Assembly: GCA_051942245.1 (NCBI GenBank) | Contig: JAVECL010000059.1 | Coordinates: 1 to 64,000, forward strand | Length of the DNA: 64,000 bases | Source: Trypethelium eluteriae | Taxonomy: Eukaryota | Reading direction: 5' to 3' | Shown: positions 39,506 to 52,583 of the stretch, piece by piece | Numbering within the stretch: the first letter of the stretch is position 1 | Layout: every line of letters begins with the position of its first letter | Notes under the pieces: model-generated | Databases searched by the model: none | What the model saw: only the letters and a program-made list of their open reading frames with translations | Told to the model about the DNA's origin: nothing | Made by a program: the position numbers and the translations under genes

Positions 39506-40857
39506 TCAAGCTTCAATTCCCGCCATCACCGCCTTCTTCTCCTGTTCAAGCTTCCGCTTTCTGGTCACTGCCTCAAGGCCGTCGCCCGCCCAGTCGGTCT
39601 TTTTCTTCTTTCTTCTTTTCCCTTCCTTATGCTCGTCCCCACCAGTTTTGCGTTTCTTGTTCTGCTCTCTACCCTGCTCATCCGTTAGTGCTTTGAATTC
39701 ACCTCCAACCTCAGCCTCTCCTCCTTGCCCACCATCTCGACTCTTCTTCTCAGCATCCTTCGATTCCTCCAACACATCCTCCTCACCTTCCCAAAGCTGG
39801 TCCGCCATCCAAATTGGCAGGCTCGCCGTCCTTTCTCCCTTCACATAGAGCGCCCGAACGCCCCTCCATTTCCCAGGAACCCACTTCTCCACCAACTGCT
39901 CCACCGCCACCTCCACATTCCTCTTCACCATCTCCGGCGTCCACCCGTTTCCACTCCTCGCTATCCTGACACTCGTGCTCGTGCTCGGACTTAGCTGCAC
40001 CGTCGTGGCGGTCAGCGCCTTTTCGACCTCCCGTGCCGCATCCGCAGGTGTCGCGACCTGCGCCGGCCCTCTATCCTTCGGCGCGATCCTCGGCGTCAGC
40101 GCATGTTTCTTGTCCTTCTTCACCCTCTTGCCATCTACGCGTTCCGCGTTGGGCGCAAGACTGACGGGAATCGGTCTCTTCGGACCGGATTTGTAGAAGG
40201 TCTTGCCGAGGAGGGAGGGGAGATACGTGATGATTCTGTCATCAGCGAGGAAGAGATCGTGTTGGGCGACGAGTTGACGTCGAGCTTCGAAGGACTTGTA
40301 GTTGCTTTTGAGCTTTGCGATTGGTATTATTTGAGCGATGCGTTGGGATAGCGAAGATGGGAAAGATGGGTGCTGTAAAATTTCCCTGTAAGGAGTAGCG
40401 GGGTCGCAGGTGAAAAGACAGACAGTGGAGGTCTGCGAGTTGTGCAGGGAATGAGGCAATGGACTGTTGCGCAAAGAATTTGTTAGCTGGTTCAGTATAT
40501 CATGACTAATTCATTTACTCTTTACGTACATCTTGCCGGGTTTTAGCCTTGTCTTGTCCACAATAAACTTTTTCGTGGTGAGAACAAGCCATATTGGTTC
40601 GCCGTCTTCGTTTAAACCCTCATCTTCATCTGAAGATCCTACGGCTGCATCAAGCAGATCTTTTCTCGACGCTTCGTCAGATCTCCGTTCCTGGTCTTTT
40701 CTAATATGTGAGAGTAGCGCTGTTGCTGCTTTGAGGGTCTGGGGACCATTAGCGCCGAATGCATCATTGTTTGGACAGGCATTACCTGATCGGGATCAAG
40801 CTGGTACGGAGTACTAGAGATCGGTTTCACTACCGTCGCCTGTTCTTGAAGGGCCAT
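39506..40857 (-). CDS. Ribosomal protein L1-domain nucleolar protein (Utp30/Cic1-like)
   Basis: PYQLDPDQ|TLKAATALL, IWLVLTTKK, PLPHSL, HDLFLADDRI, LGKTFYK..KRPIPV, SLPIW, Lys-rich tail. Two introns. Confidence 0.88.
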
Positions 40858-41452
40858 AATGTGAATAAAATGGCTATTCAAGCAAGGCAAAGAAACTTTT
40901 CCCCAAGGCTAAACGTCAAAATTAACGCGGCTCGCTTATCTACGAAATCTTGGCGCACACACCGCCTTCGCTAAAGCACGTGCTGACGCGTTGATGCGCG
41001 TCTCGAGCAAGTGATGTCATAGTCCCTGGGGCAGAATGTGTGACGTAGGTACCTCTGTGCTTGTGAACTTCTGACAATGGCACACCCAAAATTTTCATTC
41101 TTCACTACAACTCATCTAGTGACACATCGAACCCATACGCACACATCAGCTCGCATCTGTGATAAACACGTAGCGTCTTCTTCAAGTCAATTCAGACAGA
41201 CAAGAGCATGAGAGCATAATCTCCAATATCCCGCTAATTTTGCAATCACGAGAAAGCCATCGTTGGTCTTCCCTGTCCACCATACGCCACGAATGCAAAA
41301 GAGACGAAATGACATGAAGAACGATATTTACGAGAAGGTGCAGTGCAGCTACGTATGCATACAGTGGAAACCGAACGCAGGAGCGGATGGCCGTGCAGCG
41401 CATCTAACATAAGGAAAAGCTACTTCACCGTCACCATTTCGAAATGGTATTG

Positions 41453-43079
41453 TCAGAACCGCGGACGCTTCCAATAGTATTGCTATGAAAGCGATCTCGA
41501 TTAGCACGAGTGTTACGCCATGAGCAAAAGAGCGATGGGGATGAATTACCTTGTGTTGTTTTCTCACAGCTCTCAAACCTGGCTTCCCTAGACCTTCGAC
41601 CACCGTATTGCGGCGCATATCATCAGCATCCATCTCCGGAACATAATAGAACTCGTTCTCCAGCGGCTTTCCGGCTGCATCCTTGCCCTCCCGACTGATT
41701 TCACCTACACAAGGCGTCGTGTCCAGTATTGCCTTGAGCTCCGAACCTGTCAGTTTCATACCACTGGGGGATTTGCTGGGCGATGCTGCATTCTTGAGAT
41801 CGGATGGCAGATTGTTAAATATTGTGGAAAGGGGCATTGAATGGACACGCGAGTACGCCAGCTGGTTAATGACATGGTTCTTAATTGGGCTGACCTGGAC
41901 TTTACGTGGTTGACCAGAAGATGCTGCTTGCTGCGGAGAATTCGGAGAGTTACAAGGCATGAGACGGGGACGACTGCGATCAGGTGTTCTTGCTGCCTCT
42001 GATCTAATAGACTCGAATCGAGAGAGCAAATTCTCCCCAGATGTGTAGAAAGAGTGGATGATCGGATCGTTTTCTTCGTTACTGTCGGAATGCTCTTCGA
42101 AATCACGAGATGGATTTGATTTGGAAAGCTTGAGAGGTGAGCGTTCTGAAAGAGTCCGTGAGTTTTGTCGAGGGGTTCCGCATCGCTGTGAAGGAGAATG
42201 TTGCTGATCATCCGCAGATTCATGGTCCTCGTATACTTGAATGATTCCGTCAGCACTTACATCCGGTGGGTCTGAGGCCAGGAAGGTTGCAGAGGCGGTC
42301 AAGTTTGCTGGCCGTAAGGGAGATGGAGATACTGGGGACTGCAGTCGACCAGGCATAAGAGGTGGACTTGATGCGAAATCTTGCTGAGCGACAGCTTCAG
42401 CAGTGTTTCGCGTCAGGTCCTCATCCTCTTCTTCCCAGCCTGTTGATCTGTCCTCGCCGTCTCTTCGTGGCCACGCGATGACAACACGCGTCTCTAGGAC
42501 GTCAGCAATGATTTGTGCCTCAGGTCTATCCGACAGGAAAGTGTCGCCCTTTCCCAACTGATATATCTCGTTTTTGCAATGTATTTTGGCACCATTCCAC
42601 CCAAGACATTTTATGAGAATTTCACCATATGCGTGCTCGGATGAAGGGGCGAGGTACATAGCTCGTATGTGTACGCGAGAGATGAGACGATTGGCGGAGA
42701 GCTGGTAATCTGAAGAATTGGCAGAGCGGCCGATATTGACAGGCTCGCCAGAAAGTGGGACATCAACTGTCGGCACCGTCCCGAGAGGTGCTCGCTCTTC
42801 GAGGGTCGAGATTGTTGACACATTACGGTTGAGGCCAGGACGCAGTGCGGGTGGTGAGGAAGGTAGTATTCCAGTGGAAGATGTCGGAATTGGAGTGGGA
42901 TAGTGCTTGATATCAGCATTCCTGTCGTCAAACTTGCGTTTGACAGACTTCGAGGTTGGAAGCACAGGAGATGATGGCAGAGGCTCGAAGGCTGGCAGTA
43001 GTGAAGGACGTGATGCAGACGACTGAGCAGAAGGACTCGCTTGCTGTATTGATTTCTTCTCGTTCTGAGGAGAAGCCAT
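41453..43079 (-). CDS. TOS4: Tos4/Plm2-like FHA-domain protein
   Basis: FHA motifs IGRSANS...ISRVH...GWNG. C-terminal SPIKNHVINQLAYSR...REGKDAAGKPLENEFYY...LRAVRKQHK|QYYWKRPRF with a final intron near 41549-41483. Confidence 0.85.
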
Positions 43080-44486
43080 GGTCGAGAACACGACCTGAAA
43101 CGCGCAGACAGATTCTGTCTTTCTCGGCCTTCTAGTGGATATCAGGAACAGACCGCCAAAGCGGCCGCGTGCAACTTCGGTGAAAACCAGTCGATAAGCC
43201 TCGTAGAAAAAAGAAGACAAGGTGTTAGACTAGTAGTAAAGGACTACATAAAGACTGTTTGCGTGAAGCAAGAATGCCAGACATGTCGTGGATGCTGGGA
43301 GGAACAGACATTAAGGTGGAATGCCCGTAGACGTGCGCTGACCGCGAAGACGCGCCTAACACGCTACTAGGCGAACTGCACAAAAAGGTCCCACCACGCT
43401 CCCCCGCATGGCAATGAAACATACCTCCCGATCCTCACGCAATGCAATGTGCATGGATTGCTCGGAGTTTATATTTTCTCAATGTCGAGGGGAATGGATT
43501 GCTTGATTTTCCACGATTTACAATTGAGCGATCTTTCCATATAAGAAGACGTGCCCACGTTATGCTCTCCTGTCCTCCAATACAGGTGTGACCTTAGTCC
43601 GGTATCTTTTATGTCTTGCATATCTTCGCCATCGAGCCAACAACCGCGGCACGGGCACCACCCTTGCCCAGCCTTCGACTTTTAGATTCTGCCGGCCGAG
43701 CGCGCTCAATGGACGCTTACCACGCGCTGTGACGAGCCGGTCACGCTCAGACATCCGCGTTGCCCGAATCTGGCACGGCTGAATCCACTTTCTTTGTAAC
43801 TGTGTGGACTACCTTCTGTCGCGTGATGTTTGACCGTACAAAAGCCACCTTAATGCTCACTTAGGCTGTCGCTGGTGGGGCTTGTCATGCTTGTCTATGT
43901 CATATTTCATGCGTGAAGAAAATTTAATACTTGGGAGCGCGTTTCGGCATGGATAGATCGTATTTGGTGAGATGTCCCACCGAATGTTGGTGTATCATTG
44001 TTCCGTAGTTAAATTTGTGGATAGCCGGCTACTAAAGATGCATAATTAATTTTATGGCATTGGCCTGACTAGCAGGCGCACATCTTATCGTCCATGATCT
44101 CTTCGTCGGGTATTATAGTAAATCGTCCTTAGTGTGTACGAGTTCAACGATACAAGACTCCAAGAAGGATATTGACATTGGAAGGCAATATCCAAGAGAC
44201 TCCATATTGTCAACCAATCAGAGAAGCATCCAACAACCAGGTTTTGCTTTTCATGATTAAGATATGTATCTTGACTTACCGATTGCTTTGTTTCATATAG
44301 GCAGAGAAGCGATGCACGGTAGCTTCTACTTCTTATGACATTTTCGCAATTGTAACAAGCTAGGAACGAGGAGGACTGGGTAAAAGCTCATGAATTTAAT
44401 ACTGGAAACAACCTGTCAAGCATGTCTGGACCATCCCTTCTTTGCATTCTACCACCGAACCATACCCACAAATCGTGACCAATGAT

Positions 44487-45377
<891 letters not shown>

Positions 45378-45891
45378 GTTGATGATCTTCGACGGCGACA
45401 CTGATATGATTGATGAACTTAACAACAGTCTTTTTTGAGAGTCGATATCATGACCGCTGGTGGGGCGCTAGTGTCAATTTAAGCGAGCAGGACAAATCCT
45501 AGGCGAGGCCTTTTTCCGGCCGTCTCCTGCTTTCCCGCAGCCATAAGTGCCACCACCTCATTCCTATCATTACATGCTTCCAGAGATATCATCTTGACCC
45601 TCCGAAATAACTCCACGCCTGTTCAGACGCACAACAGCTTGCTACAGTACACACTCACGCTCTGAATATGTGTCTGGGTCGAGGACAAATGTTCTGTAGT
45701 TTTCAAAGTACATTAACCAATGGTGCTCAAACAGCAAAATTGATGGGGAATTTGATTTCGATATTGAGACGCATGTCCGTTGTGCAACGCTTCCGTGCTT
45801 CCGTCTGGTTATTAATATACTTGACTCGTAGTACGACTTCACCTTCTATATTGAAAGGTTAAGGTATAGGCAGATCTTCTCAGCTCTGACA

Positions 45892-47830
45892 TCATACAAA
45901 TAAAATGTCCCCCATTTCTTCATCCGAATGGCTCTGATCTTGCGCTTGATTGTCTATTCCTGATTCTTTTCGCATACGCTCCTTTTCTCTTCGTACCATC
46001 AACTTTTCCTTCCTCACCTCAGCCTGATTCCACAGATGGAATCTTTGGTCCATTTTATATACTGCATCGACCACTTCCTTTAAAGACAATCCCACCATCT
46101 CGGCTCCCTGCTCGTACAACGCTCTCATAACGTCATCTCCACCCCTCGGTCCGTCCAGATCCTCGACGGTCTTATATCGCTCATACTTGACTCCAGGACG
46201 CGGTGTCGGCTTGCCCTTCTGTTCCCTCTCGTCGACGTATTCTTCCGCAATTACCTTCCTTGGTCTAAGACTTTTCTGCACGGTCCGAAGTCTCTCTCGC
46301 CGACTCGCTTCCAACGCGTCACTGTTCGGCGTCAAATCCTCGTTCAGGCTCTCCGGAACGGGCGGCGTTCCCTTATCCGTTCCGGTTGGGAAGAGCCCGA
46401 ACAATGCCTTCCTGAAATCATTGTCGGCCGGCGGTTCCCTTCGAGTCCACGTCCGCTCGTACCATGTGAGATAATCGTCCATTTGCTCGTCTTCCCAAGT
46501 GAAGACATCGGCGTCGTTCGCTGCAAAGGCATCGGCAAAGTCTAGCCGCCCGGAATGGACGAACTTTGCATCATGAACACGTTTAGCGGAAAGCCATGTT
46601 TGCCAATTCAGGGACAGCGAGGCGGGTTCGTTCGCTGTCGTAGGATGGAAACGGGGGTTGGAGACCGGATAGAGAAGCTTTGCAGCAATGATAATGAGTG
46701 AAATGATTTGCGCATCAGGGACCTGATGTAGCCGTTGGTCGGGTAAAGAATAATTGAAGTTGCAAGGAACAGTTGGAGCGAGACTGCGTACGCAAGGGTA
46801 GACTTCAAGAGGAAGGGAGAGCTCTTTAATGTACCGATACAGCAACAGGGGCATATTGACCGGCGGAAACTCCATTCTGATCTCTCGCTGATAAACACAA
46901 CCCATGTTGAGGGCTATAGTTTGGAGATCCCCCGGTTGAAGGGTATTGTGCAGTTCCAAGGGTAGTCGATAATTAATAGACAGCGGAAGGCGCATAGCTT
47001 CTGGAATCGCGGTTATGACACAATTGTATGGCAGACCCCCCGATGCGGCCCACACTTGAATATCGCTTGGGCTGATAGGTAGGCGTAAGAGCAGAACACC
47101 TAAGTAGCAGGTACCTAAAGTATCAATCAAGGATGGTGTGTCTGACAGTCGCGTAAGAATTTTGCTGCTGTACCATTTCTCCCTGCTTTCGGCCTCAGAC
47201 GTTGCCGTAGAAGTATAGACTTGAGATTGACTGCCAGTTCCTTCATCTTCATCGTCAAGGTCTACTCGACTGGTAAGTTTCTGAAGCCGGAGGCTCCACA
47301 AGTCGCGAATTACGATCTGACCAAATCATCCTAAATTGTCTGTATCTGAATAGGAGACCCTTGATTAAATTACCTCAAGTTCTTTCGGCAATCCTTTGAC
47401 GTTAACAAGCCAAGATGCTTGCGTCCAGAGGACGAATTGATAGCACAGCAGGTAATGCTCGAACTGCCTACGGCCGGTATATTCTGATCATCAGGATTTA
47501 GCGGGGAATTGTTCATTTTGCAGAACGACCGTGGATGATAAGGAACAAGTCTTACTCGGGAGGATCCTTTCACGCGCCTCTTTTTGCCGTCTTGCTCGAG
47601 TCTGGCTTGTGGCTTGTATATATTCTTCATCTTCTAATTCTCGCCTTTGAAGTTCCTGAAATCGCGTAAGGAAGCGAAGAGTGGAAATGTTATGTATCAA
47701 ATTATGAAAACCTTACAGGGTGATAGTGTCCTCTAATACAGCTTACGCCCGCTTCCTCCGTAACATATCTTGTCGCAGTGCAGTTATCAATACCACAAAC
47801 TTGACCTTTGAAGGTCTCCATCTGGGACAT
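45892..47830 (-). CDS. RRN7: RNA polymerase I core factor subunit Rrn7 (TAF1B-like)
   Basis: N-terminal Zn ribbon CGIDNC...CIRGH; YLLCYQFVLWTQASWLV..GLPKELE|IVIRDLWSLR; PSLIDTLGTCYLGVLLLRLP. Three introns. Confidence 0.82.
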
Positions 47831-48330
47831 GGTGCTGGAAATAGACTAGTCGGAATCTTGCGCTGCGAGTTCTATTGTAAATCCTGCGTCCGATGTTGGA
47901 AAGTCCAATAGTGCGGGTGAAACGCAAAAGTGTGAAAGGTAGAGGTTGGTTGTCAACACTGAAAATTGACGATCACACGTTTACTGAGGCAAAGAAGTAT
48001 TATCTATCAACTATGGATTCATTGAGATGCGCAGTCCTGGAGCATTTACATCGTTCGCTCATGCTTTTAAACATCGTGATGTTCGCTACGAACATGGTGC
48101 TCACAGAAGACGATCCCTAGATTGCACAAACCCAACCAGTACCCAGCATCACCATTGAGAAAGGCGCGGTCATGCCAAAAGCCATGACGACGCGCATGCA
48201 TAGAGCGAGAATTGGATTCGTTAGATTGGCATGCCCTGTGTATAGCCGTAACCATTCGCTCAACAAACCCCGCCGAGTCACTGCTTCTCTTATGTGCCCC
48301 TCCTTCCAGGTATCTCCTTGCACCGAGTGT

Positions 48331-49051
48331 TTAAGCACCCCTGGGGGCTTCCTTAGCGTCAATAGCAGCCTCTTCACCCATAGCAGTCAAGACGATGACG
48401 TCTGTGAAATCACTGGTAAGCATAGTGCATAATGTGCATCTTGCTAGAAACGTACTGGTATCCTTGGAATCCTGGTTAAAGAGCTTATCAATCTTCTCAC
48501 CAACTTCCCCGTCGGGAAGTTTGACATCGTCTTTGGTAGAGCCGTCGTCAGACATGAGAGAAAGGAAACCATCATCGGTGACATCAAGCTGAGAACGTGT
48601 AAGTCGTGTAATTTGACCGGTATATGTAGAAGTCGTTAACTTACAAGCTGGAATTCCTTGCGGCTGACGTTGGGGACGTCCATGTTATGGGTGGAGGGGC
48701 AAAGATCTTCGAGCTTCTTGCTGGTGAAAATGTCGATGGCAACAAGATGGACCTTCGCGTGACCGTGTTTGCCAGTCTTGGAGGTAGACATTTCAACAAT
48801 CTTGCAAGGACGGCCCTTGATAACGACGAAACCGTTCTTCCTCAAGGCCGAGCATTGCATAGGAAAAGTGGTGGAGGCACCGGCATCAGCGCTCTCGAAG
48901 GTGACTTCATGCTGTTCAAGGCGACCGAGTCAGGGCGAGTTCTCTCCTTTGGCGCAATGATGCAGGGTGTGAAGATAATGTGCGAGTCGGAAGCAATGGC
49001 GGGGCAATCGCGAGGGGAAAGTCTTACCTGGGCGTCGTTGTTCTCGGCCAT
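48331..49051 (-). CDS. HYP2: Translation factor eIF5A
   Basis: [24 protein letters not shown] and hypusine motif [12 protein letters not shown]. Three introns. Confidence 0.97.
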
Positions 49052-49568
49052 GTTGATGAAAAGTTTACAAAGAAAGTCAGGCAGAGGCGCAAATCTGCGA
49101 AAAGTCGAAGGCGAAGGCGGGTACGTGGGAAAAGGTTGGTTGTGAAAGGTGAGGAGTGGGAGGCAGAACCTGGAAAAGAAGAAGAATCTTAGAACGAGTC
49201 CTGACTTGGATGGGAAAGTGCGCACTTCGCATTCGGTTCGTCCGGCGTGGGGTACCACCAATCAACGCCACTATACCTGAAGCAGTAATCTCACATTCAA
49301 CCTGAAGTGTCCGGCCGCCATCTACAGTGCACAAGCCGCAACCCCCTTCGCCTTCGTCTCCTCTGATCTGTGAGACTTTTTGTGAGATTCGCTGCGACCA
49401 AGCTTAGGCGTTGTCTAGTTAACCGATCATCAAATACTTTGTTCTTTGCTCCTTTCCAAGGCCAGCATTTATTCTTAAGGCTGCAGGTGCTTCTTGCGCC
49501 GCAAGCTCAAAAATGTATAACCTACATGTACTCAATTGCAGATAATCCACAGCTCTGCCACATGAAAA

Positions 49569-51635
49569 ATGTGGTTGAATCGCTCACCAGCCCAGACGCC
49601 CTCTTCTGCGTCTCCTCCGCCACGTGATCGTCCATTCTCTCCTGCCACCGTGTCACCGCGAAGATCAAGCCACTTGACGCCCAACCCTCTTCCTCAGCGG
49701 CCTGGACTGCCATCTCGAGCCTCCTCCCTGTCATTGATATCAAATGCCTCGACGGAGAACCTACACGGCTCCAGAAGAGCGCCGAACGGCTCTTCTCTCA
49801 AGCATGAACTCAGTATATCTCCATCGATCAACGTTTCAAATCCACTGGAAGTTTTAGAGGGTATTCTGGGTACATCTTTGAGGAGGGATGAGGATGAAAA
49901 TGAGAATGAGGAGAAAAGGGGAAGGACAGAGAAATCAACGCCTCTGGAACAGGTGCAGGACATAGATTTTGGCGGACTGAGTCTCCAAGAATTTGCTGCG
50001 CAAGGCAGACCTGCTAGGCCATCAAGACCACGAACATCGACGGAGGCGTATGTGGACAGTGCGCACACCATTGCGGGGTTTGAGAAAGAAAGAGATAATT
50101 TCGAAGAGCTTCACCGCTCTATTTTGGCTTGCGATGATGTCCTCAAATCGGTAGAGACCTACCTAATGAGCTTTCAGAAGGACTTGGGTACCGTATCTGC
50201 TGAGATTGAGACGTTACAATCTCGCTCCACGACTCTAAACACGAAGATGGAGAATCGAAAACGTGTCGAGAAGGTTTTGGGCCCGGCGGTAGAAGACGTT
50301 GTCTTGTCTCCGGTGGTCGTCAAAAAAATAACCGAAGGACCGATCGATGAAGCTTGGGTCAAGGCTTTGGATGAAGTTGAGAGGCGGTCTAAGGCAGTCG
50401 ATGGAAAATCTAAAGACGACAAAAGGATTCTGGCCGCAGATGATCTTCGACCATTACTGGAAAATCTTGTCAATAAGGCTGTTGAACGGATACGAGACTA
50501 TCTAGTTGCTCAAATCAAGGCTCTTCGATCCCCCAATATGAACGCTCAGATCATACAACAGCAAGTTCTTCTCAAACATAAGGATGTGTATCCATTTCTC
50601 CTTCGACACCAGCCTCAGCTCGCAGAGGATATCAGCCAGGCCTACATCAACACGATGAGATGGTACTACCTCAACAACTTTACCCGCTACAAAGCATCCC
50701 TTGACAAACTCAAGATTCACGTCATCTCTGCACAAGAAGTCATCGGAAGTGACGAATCCGGAAAAAAGTCTAATGTTACTGCCAATGCTCGTATTGGTTC
50801 CGCCCCTCATGATGCCTTCTCTCTTGGCCGACGGATGGATTTGGTAAAAACTCATTCGCATGCCGCATTACCTTCTCACATCGCCGAAGAAGATCAGTCT
50901 ACTCACTTCCTTGAAGTTCCTTTTCGGTCTTTTAACCTCGCTTTGATTGACAACGCTTCTGCGGAGTTCTCTTTTTTGACCGAATTCTTTGCGAAGCAAG
51001 GTTTCCATGGCATCACTCGCAAATTCAATACCATTTTCTCGCCAACGTTCGAACTGGGCCAGAGTCTGACCAGACAGTTAATCTCAGACCCCAACACCGA
51101 CGCCCTGGGCGTCTTAATCTGTGTTCGGCTCAATCAAGCTTTCGCATTTGAGTTGCAGCGACGGAAAGTACCAGCAGTCGAGGGCTACATCAATGGGACG
51201 AACATGCTGCTTTGGCCACGCTTCCAAAAGAACATGGACATGCATTGCGAATCGATCCGACGGGCTATTTCTTCCATATCTGGCCGGAGCACTTCTGCAC
51301 TTGCACTCACTTCGAACGCGCAAGGTGGTGCTTCTACCGCGCCACACCCCTTAACCCAGAGATTTGCCAATTTCGCTCAAGCAATCTTGGCTCTCAGCAG
51401 TGAGGCAGGCGACGACGAGCCTGTGAGCCATAGCCTGGGCAGATTGCGAACAGACTTCGAGGCTTTTCTCGCTAAGATGAGCAAGGGTGTGGCTGATTCG
51501 AGGAAGAGGGAGAGATTCTTGGCGAACAACTATAGTCTGGTATTGACTATCATTGGTGATACACCAGGGAAGCTTGCGGATGAAGTCAGGGGGCATTTTG
51601 AGGAAATGAAAGAGACGTACAGCGAGACCCGATGA
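49569..51635 (+). CDS. VPS52: GARP complex subunit Vps52 (Sac2)
   Basis: Intronless 688 aa; CDDVLKSVETYL..FQKDLG.VSAEIETLQ, IKALRSPNMNAQIIQQ, AYINTMRWYY, LLWPRFQ, FLANNYSLVLTII. Confidence 0.92.
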   Translation: MWLNRSPAQTPSSASPPPRDRPFSPATVSPRRSSHLTPNPLPQRPGLPSRASSLSLISNASTENLHGSRRAPNGSSLKHELSISPSINVSNPLEVLEGILGTSLRRDEDENENEEKRGRTEKSTPLEQVQDIDFGGLSLQEFAAQGRPARPSRPRTSTEAYVDSAHTIAGFEKERDNFEELHRSILACDDVLKSVETYLMSFQKDLGTVSAEIETLQSRSTTLNTKMENRKRVEKVLGPAVEDVVLSPVVVKKITEGPIDEAWVKALDEVERRSKAVDGKSKDDKRILAADDLRPLLENLVNKAVERIRDYLVAQIKALRSPNMNAQIIQQQVLLKHKDVYPFLLRHQPQLAEDISQAYINTMRWYYLNNFTRYKASLDKLKIHVISAQEVIGSDESGKKSNVTANARIGSAPHDAFSLGRRMDLVKTHSHAALPSHIAEEDQSTHFLEVPFRSFNLALIDNASAEFSFLTEFFAKQGFHGITRKFNTIFSPTFELGQSLTRQLISDPNTDALGVLICVRLNQAFAFELQRRKVPAVEGYINGTNMLLWPRFQKNMDMHCESIRRAISSISGRSTSALALTSNAQGGASTAPHPLTQRFANFAQAILALSSEAGDDEPVSHSLGRLRTDFEAFLAKMSKGVADSRKRERFLANNYSLVLTIIGDTPGKLADEVRGHFEEMKETYSETR

Positions 51636-52151
51636 GATGTGGTCTCTATTATGAGAAGTTCCTCCTGTGTATAGTATATGCACGGTTTCAGTGGGGCACT
51701 TGGGCTCGCTCGCCCAGTGTTGGTCTATATCTAGAGCCCCCATATTCTTCATACGAGTCTATCAAACACCTTGATTGCCGTCCGAAGGCTTTTCGAAGGG
51801 GACCTCGATTCGCTCAAGCACAATGAAAAACTTCCTCGACGGGTTTCCACCAAGGCCCACTTGCGCTTCCTGTAGCGCCCGGAAAAGGACTCTCTTGCAT
51901 TTTATCCGTCATGTCCCACCACTCTCTGACCTTGGGATTAGCCGACATCGCTTTCATGTCGCTGTCCCAGTCACTGCCAACGTATTTGAAGCTAGCGAAA
52001 AGAAGACTTTTGGCATCATCGTAAAAAATGGAATCTAATAGAAAGGCAAGGGATAAGCGGGAACACTCTTCAGTGGGTAATAAAAATTAAGACTGAAAGA
52101 GGAAGGGAGCTCTACAATCTTCAATGTTACAGTCTTTGATTTGCTTGAGAA

Positions 52152-52526
52152 CCTCGGGCCACACAGCGGCGTGGCATTTCTTGTAATCTTGTAGATACTC
52201 TGGTCTGAGATAAACGTACTGTGCCACCCGTTTTGGTGGGGAAGACATATTTGTTTGTGATCAATGGACCTTAAATTTCTTGTTGTCCGGACTCCGGTTA
52301 AACAAAGCATACAGAGGTACATATGGTTACTCAAGCAGTTTTTGTCTCTCGGCGGGGCTAGTGGGTAGGTACGTACTCCGCACTTGCCGAGGTTCTTTCT
52401 GTAGAGGGACAACGGAGCTCAAGCCGGCGGCTTCGGTCCAGGCCGTCTCTTGCCGAGTTTCCACGGTCAGCCCAAGGTGCCAAGCTATACAATACGTGCA
52501 GATTTACCTAACCTTGTCGCCCGAGG
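52152..52526. promoter_or_regulatory. Three CCGAGG/CCTCGG Far-type sites upstream of carnitine acetyltransferase
   Basis: CCTCGG 52152, CCGAGG 52387, CCGAGG 52521. Confidence 0.6.
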
Positions 52527-52583
52527 CAATCGTTCCGGCCTATACTTCGAGCCCCAAATTCAATTCTTACATATGCTGTGGGG

